From Candidatus Binatus sp. (GTDB taxonomy: Bacteria; Desulfobacterota; Binatia; Binatales; Binataceae): a stretch of 64,000 nucleotides of DNA. This document shows positions 59,745 to 64,000 of the stretch, one piece after another (position 1 is the first letter of the stretch; each line of letters begins with the position of its first letter). Below the pieces are notes generated by a model, which had not been told where the DNA came from, ran no database searches, and worked only from the letters and a program-made list of their open reading frames with translations. The stretch covers positions 27,899 through 91,898 of the forward strand of contig NZ_DATCTO010000069.1 in the NCBI RefSeq assembly GCF_036567905.1, given 5' to 3'. Both the position numbers and the translations under genes were made by a program.

Positions 59745-61507
59745 GCAGTACGGCAGCGGTTGCGGTACACGGCGCGCACGCGGAGCCTCATGCGCCCGGC
59801 TTTTGGCGCACCTATATCTTCTCCGAAGATCACAAGATGATCGGGAAGCAGTTCCTGTTCATGGCCCTGTTCATGATGGCGATCGGCGGCCTGATGGCGA
59901 TGCTGATGCGCTGGGAGCTGGCGTGGCCGGAGACCCAGGTCCCGGGATTTCACTGGGTGCCCGAACCGTTCATGTACGAGGGCGCGATTCCGCCCAATAC
60001 CTACAACGCGATGTTCACGATGCACGCCACGATCATGATCTTCTTCGTGGTGATGCCGATCCTGGTCGGATGTTTCGGCAACTTCCTCATCCCGCTGATG
60101 ATCGGCGCGCGCGACATGGCGTTCCCCAAGCTGAACATGCTGTCGTTCTGGACCGGCGCGGTCGCGGGCGTGATCCTGCTTTCCTCGTTCTTCGTAACCG
60201 GCGGTCCTGCGGCCGCGGGATGGACCTCGTACGCGCCGCTGAGCGCGGTGCCAATCTACACCGGCGTCGATTGGGGCCAGAACCTATGGTGCATCAGCAT
60301 CATCGTGCTTGGCGCGTCGTCGCTGATGGGCTCGATCAACTACATCACCACGATCATCAACATGCGCACCAAGGGCATGTACTTCTTCCGCCTGCCGCTG
60401 ACGATCTGGTCGCTGTTCATCACGGCGATTCTGCTGCTGCTCGCGCTTCCGGTGCTGACGACGGCGATCGCGCTCCTGCTCTTCGATCGACTGGGCGGCA
60501 CCCATTTCTTTCTGCCCGCCGGTGGCGGAGAGCCGCTGCTGTGGCAGCATCTGTTCTGGTTTTTCGGCCATCCCGAGGTTTACATCATGATCCTGCCCGC
60601 GATGGGGATCGCCTCCGACGTCATCTCGACGTTTTCGCGCAAGCCCATATTCGGATACCGCGCGATGGCGTATGCGATGATCGCGATCGCGGGCCTGTCG
60701 TGGATCGTGTGGGGCCATCACATGTTCGTGTCGGGGATGGATCCGGTGCTCGGCAGCGGTTTCATGATCACGACGATGATCATCGGAGTGCCGTCGGCGA
60801 TTAAGACTTTCAACTGGCTCGGCACGCTCTACAAGGGCAACATCCATTACACCACCGCGATGATGAACGCGCTGGCGTTTGTCGCGATGTTCGTGATCGG
60901 CGGACTGTCGGGAATCTGGATGGCGTGCACGCCGGTGGACATGTACATCCACGATACTTACTTCATCGTCGCGCATATTCACTACGTGCTATTTGGCGGC
61001 AGCCTGTTCGGCGTCTTCGCGGGAATTACCTATTGGTATCCCAAGATGTTCGGCCGCATGATGAACGAGCGGCTTGGCAAGATTCACTTCTGGATCACCT
61101 TCGTGTCGTTCAATTGCACCTTCTTCCCGATGCACATCCTGGGGATGGCGGGACACATGCGCCGGATTTACAATCCGCAGCAGTACGATTTTTTGAAGCC
61201 GATCATTCCGATTAACGAATTTATTTCGATCAGCGCTTTCGTGCTCGGCGCCGCGCAGTTCCTGCTGCTGGCCAATATCATCTGGAGCTATTTCAAGGGC
61301 GCCAAGGCCACCGAGAATCCGTGGCACGCCAATACTCTGGAGTGGACGACGCCTTCGCCGCCGCCGCACGGCAACTGGCCCGGTACGGTGCCGATCGTTT
61401 ACCGGGGACCGTACGAGTACAGCTCGCCCGAGGTTGCGGAGGATTATCTGCCGCAATCGCAGTTGATTGAACACCACAGGGACGCGGCGGATAGGCGATC
61501 GCGCTAA
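59741..61507 (+). CDS. coxA: cytochrome c oxidase subunit I
   Basis: 12-TM protein with WFFGHPEVY, HHMF and the haem/CuB His ligands. ATGA overlap with coxB. Confidence 0.95.
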   Translation: MSSTAAVAVHGAHAEPHAPGFWRTYIFSEDHKMIGKQFLFMALFMMAIGGLMAMLMRWELAWPETQVPGFHWVPEPFMYEGAIPPNTYNAMFTMHATIMIFFVVMPILVGCFGNFLIPLMIGARDMAFPKLNMLSFWTGAVAGVILLSSFFVTGGPAAAGWTSYAPLSAVPIYTGVDWGQNLWCISIIVLGASSLMGSINYITTIINMRTKGMYFFRLPLTIWSLFITAILLLLALPVLTTAIALLLFDRLGGTHFFLPAGGGEPLLWQHLFWFFGHPEVYIMILPAMGIASDVISTFSRKPIFGYRAMAYAMIAIAGLSWIVWGHHMFVSGMDPVLGSGFMITTMIIGVPSAIKTFNWLGTLYKGNIHYTTAMMNALAFVAMFVIGGLSGIWMACTPVDMYIHDTYFIVAHIHYVLFGGSLFGVFAGITYWYPKMFGRMMNERLGKIHFWITFVSFNCTFFPMHILGMAGHMRRIYNPQQYDFLKPIIPINEFISISAFVLGAAQFLLLANIIWSYFKGAKATENPWHANTLEWTTPSPPPHGNWPGTVPIVYRGPYEYSSPEVAEDYLPQSQLIEHHRDAADRRSR

Positions 61508-61513
61508 CAGCGA

Positions 61514-62509
61514 ATGAATCAGTTGCAGTTGTCAGCCGGGGATGAGCAGGCGCGCGGACTGCATCGCTTTGCGGTGCTGACCGCGGGCGCCACTTTTTGC
61601 CTCATCTTCGTCGGCGGACTTGTCACCTCGACCGGTTCTGCGCTGGCCGTGCCGGACTGGCCGCTGGCGTTCGGCAAACTCATTCCGGCGTGGGAGGGCG
61701 GCATCCGTTTCGAATTTGGCCATCGCCTGGCTGCCGGAACAGTCGTAGTTCTTACGCTGGTGCTGATGGCATGGGCATGGCGCGCGGAGCCGCGGCGATG
61801 GGTCCGCAAACTTGTCGTGCTCGCGTTCGGACTGATCGTCGTGCAGGCCGTGCTGGGCGGAATCACAGTGCTGTTCGAGTTGCCGCTGGCGATCGCGGTT
61901 GCGCACGCCGCCACGGCTCAGGCGCTGTTGTGCCTGATGGTATCGATCGCTATTTTCACCAATCCGCGCTGGAGCACGACCCCGCACGTCGATGATCCGC
62001 CGTCGCGAATCCCGCTGCCGACACTTGCCGCCGCGATGACCGCCGTCATTTACCTGCAAATTTTGATCGGCGCGGTGATGCGGCACATGAGCGCCGGGCT
62101 GGTGATCCCCGATTTTCCGCTTTCGTTCGGCCGTTTGGCGCCGCCGTACTGGAACGAGTACATCGCGGTTAATTTTGCGCATCGATGCGGTGCCGTGGTT
62201 GTCACCGCGATGGTTTTGTGGACGGTCGCGCGCGTGCTGCGGACGCATCGCGAGGTCGGCGCGCTTCGCCGCCCCGCGCTCGGGTTGTTTCTGCTGCTGG
62301 TTATCCAGATTTGTCTCGGTGCGATCACAATCTGGAGCGACCGCGCGGTGCTCCCGACCACCAGCCACGTTGCGGTCGGCGCCGCGGTTCTGGCGACCAG
62401 CCTGACGCTGACGCTTCGTGCATATCGCATCCTCGGCGCGCCGTCTCGCGCCCACGCGATCGAGTCGCACGCGAGTTCGCGCGTAATCGAACGGCAGGTG
62501 ACCGCGTGA
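61514..62509 (+). CDS. ctaA: haem A synthase (COX15/CtaA)
   Basis: Eight TMs with paired His motifs (FEFGHRLAAG and LIGAVMRH) typical of CtaA. Confidence 0.8.
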   Translation: MNQLQLSAGDEQARGLHRFAVLTAGATFCLIFVGGLVTSTGSALAVPDWPLAFGKLIPAWEGGIRFEFGHRLAAGTVVVLTLVLMAWAWRAEPRRWVRKLVVLAFGLIVVQAVLGGITVLFELPLAIAVAHAATAQALLCLMVSIAIFTNPRWSTTPHVDDPPSRIPLPTLAAAMTAVIYLQILIGAVMRHMSAGLVIPDFPLSFGRLAPPYWNEYIAVNFAHRCGAVVVTAMVLWTVARVLRTHREVGALRRPALGLFLLLVIQICLGAITIWSDRAVLPTTSHVAVGAAVLATSLTLTLRAYRILGAPSRAHAIESHASSRVIERQVTA

Positions 62510-63411
62510 ATGTCAGAGTGGCGACCGCTGAATCTGCGCTTGCGCTGCCACACGGCAGCGTCAGCGATTATTTCGAACTGACCAAGCCGCGCATTGTTCT
62601 GATGGTGCTGGTCACGACGCTGGCCGGTTTCTATCTGGGCGGGCGCACGGGATTCGATGTTACCGTCGCGCTGAATCTGCTGGCGGGTACCGCCTTGGCA
62701 GCCGGCGGCACGCTGGCGCTCAATCAGTACGTCGAGCGCGACACCGACGCGATGATGGATCGCACGCGCCATCGTCCGCTGCCCGACATGAGGATGCGCC
62801 CGGCCGAAGCGCTGGTGTTCGGCGTGAGCGCGACCGCCGCCGGCCTCGTTTACCTGACGCTCGCGACGAACCCGCTCTGCGCCGCGGTGATCGCCGCAAT
62901 CACAATCATTTATCTCGGCGTGTACACTCCGCTGAAGCGATATACCTGGATGTGCAACGTCGTCGGCGCGGTTTCCGGTGCTCTCCCGCCAGTGGCGGGA
63001 TGGGTGGCGGCGCGCGGCGGCCTCGGCTTGGAGCCGATCGTGCTGTTCGCGATCATGTTCCTGTGGCAACTGCCGCATACATTTGCGGTCGCGCGGCTCT
63101 TCCGCATCGACTACGCACGCGCCGGCATCCGGCTGCTTCCGGATGATACTGCGCGCGGGGGAAATCCTTCGAATCCGGTGGTAATTGCCGGGTGCCTCGG
63201 ACTCGTCGCGGTCGGAATCGTCCCGACCATGCTTGGCTTCGCTGGAATCCCTTACATGGTAATCGCATCCGCGCTTGGGCTGGGCATGTTGATGTTTGGA
63301 TTTGCGATGGTCCGTTCGCCCGGTAATTCGCGCGCGGCGCGCCGGGTGTTGCTCGCGTCGCTGGTTTATTTGCCCATCGTGTGGCTGGTGCTCGTGTTGG
63401 ATCGCGTGTGA
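62506..63411 (+). CDS. ctaB: protohaem IX farnesyltransferase (haem O synthase)
   Basis: GTG start overlapping the ctaA stop (GTGA). UbiA-family motifs YVERDTDAMMDRTRHRPL and WQLPHTFA. Confidence 0.85.
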   Translation: MNVRVATAESALALPHGSVSDYFELTKPRIVLMVLVTTLAGFYLGGRTGFDVTVALNLLAGTALAAGGTLALNQYVERDTDAMMDRTRHRPLPDMRMRPAEALVFGVSATAAGLVYLTLATNPLCAAVIAAITIIYLGVYTPLKRYTWMCNVVGAVSGALPPVAGWVAARGGLGLEPIVLFAIMFLWQLPHTFAVARLFRIDYARAGIRLLPDDTARGGNPSNPVVIAGCLGLVAVGIVPTMLGFAGIPYMVIASALGLGMLMFGFAMVRSPGNSRAARRVLLASLVYLPIVWLVLVLDRV

Positions 63412-63542
63412 GAACCGCCGTGGCTGGCCTGGTGAAGCGCGAGGAGCGCAAAGAGGACATCTGGCGGACGCTGAAGATACTGATCGGCGTGATGATCCTG
63501 CTGGTAGCGGTCTCAGTCGTGACGATTCTGATGAAGCATTGA
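63407..63542 (+). CDS. small single-TM protein between ctaB and coxC (possible oxidase small subunit/assembly factor)
   Basis: 45-codon ORF starting GTG and overlapping the ctaB stop (VRTAVAGLVKREERKEDIWRTLKILIGVMILLVAVSVVTILMKH). Operon position is the only support. Confidence 0.3.
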
Positions 63543-63543
63543 T

Positions 63544-64000
63544 ATGGCGCCCGGCGTGACAGCATCGACCGCGAAAGTACTTCCGTTGGTGGCGCCGATC
63601 CGGCGCGGCCGATCGTCCGACTCCGGCGCGGGCGGCGATCAAAGCGAGCGCGCCTTCATCAGCAGCGCGATGCTCGCGATCATGATGTTGATCGCGGCGG
63701 AGATGATGCTGTTCAGCGGGCTCATCGGCTCATTCCTGATCTTCCGCCTCCAAGCCGCCTTCTGGCCGCCGCCCGCCTTGCCGCGGCTGCCGATTGCGGT
63801 CACCTGGGTGAACACCTTGGTGCTGTTGTCGAGCGCGCTCACGATGACGCTCGCGCTGCGCGCGGTGCATCGCAGCCGCCAGCGCCTGCTGCGCCGTTAT
63901 CTATTGGCAACGCTCGCGCTCGGCGTGACGTTTCTTGCGGTGCAGGGCAGCGAATGGGTGCGGCTGGTCGCGCACGGCCTCAAGCTTTCCAGCGGCACGT
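63544..64000 (+). CDS. coxC: cytochrome c oxidase subunit III (partial, runs off window)
   Basis: Hydrophobic helices with the ...FWPPP... and LAVQGSEWV segments typical of subunit III. The 3' end is truncated by the window. Confidence 0.65.
   Translation, partial: MAPGVTASTAKVLPLVAPIRRGRSSDSGAGGDQSERAFISSAMLAIMMLIAAEMMLFSGLIGSFLIFRLQAAFWPPPALPRLPIAVTWVNTLVLLSSALTMTLALRAVHRSRQRLLRRYLLATLALGVTFLAVQGSEWVRLVAHGLKLSSGT

Overview
This is a high-GC (~65-70%) bacterial chromosomal window of about 60 genes; the phylum is not determinable from here. It holds a core block (groES-groEL with a CIRCE operator, queA-tgt-yajC-secD, DAHP synthase, greA, hbd, fadD, and a coxB-coxA-ctaA-ctaB-coxC aa3 oxidase operon) alongside several accessory regions. 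The most notable is a lasso-peptide-type RiPP locus between 3.9 and 11.6 kb. It has an asparagine-synthetase-like cyclase (C) candidate with an N-terminal Cys-to-Ser change. Immediately after it is a 54-aa precursor ORF that the six-frame track missed. Its leader carries the canonical Y(-17)xxP(-14)xL(-12)xxxG(-8)xxxxxT(-2)x motif, and its core starts at Ser with Asp at position 9. The locus also encodes an HPr-kinase-like protein, a PF14907-like nucleotidyltransferase and an MFS transporter. No B1/B2 (RRE or protease) gene is visible in the window. The locus abuts a tRNA-Lys(UUU) and an AT-rich repeat region. A minus-strand operon of four paralogous sulfotransferases (three in tandem) plus GT2 and GT4 glycosyltransferases sits next to a sigma54 activator. 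Other accessory content includes a copper homeostasis island (HTH excisionase-like protein, YHS, DUF302, cytochrome c, CopA and a duplicated YHS relic) and an apparently Rieske-less cytochrome b, subunit-IV-like, eight-CxxCH cytochrome c and cupredoxin-like operon. There are also two paralogous secreted beta-helix proteins, a split ChrA pair, a repeat-rich 1.3 kb noncoding island with MITE-like foldback elements, and a ~100-bp palindromic repeat present twice. Many long antisense ORFs in the track are GC-driven artefacts.
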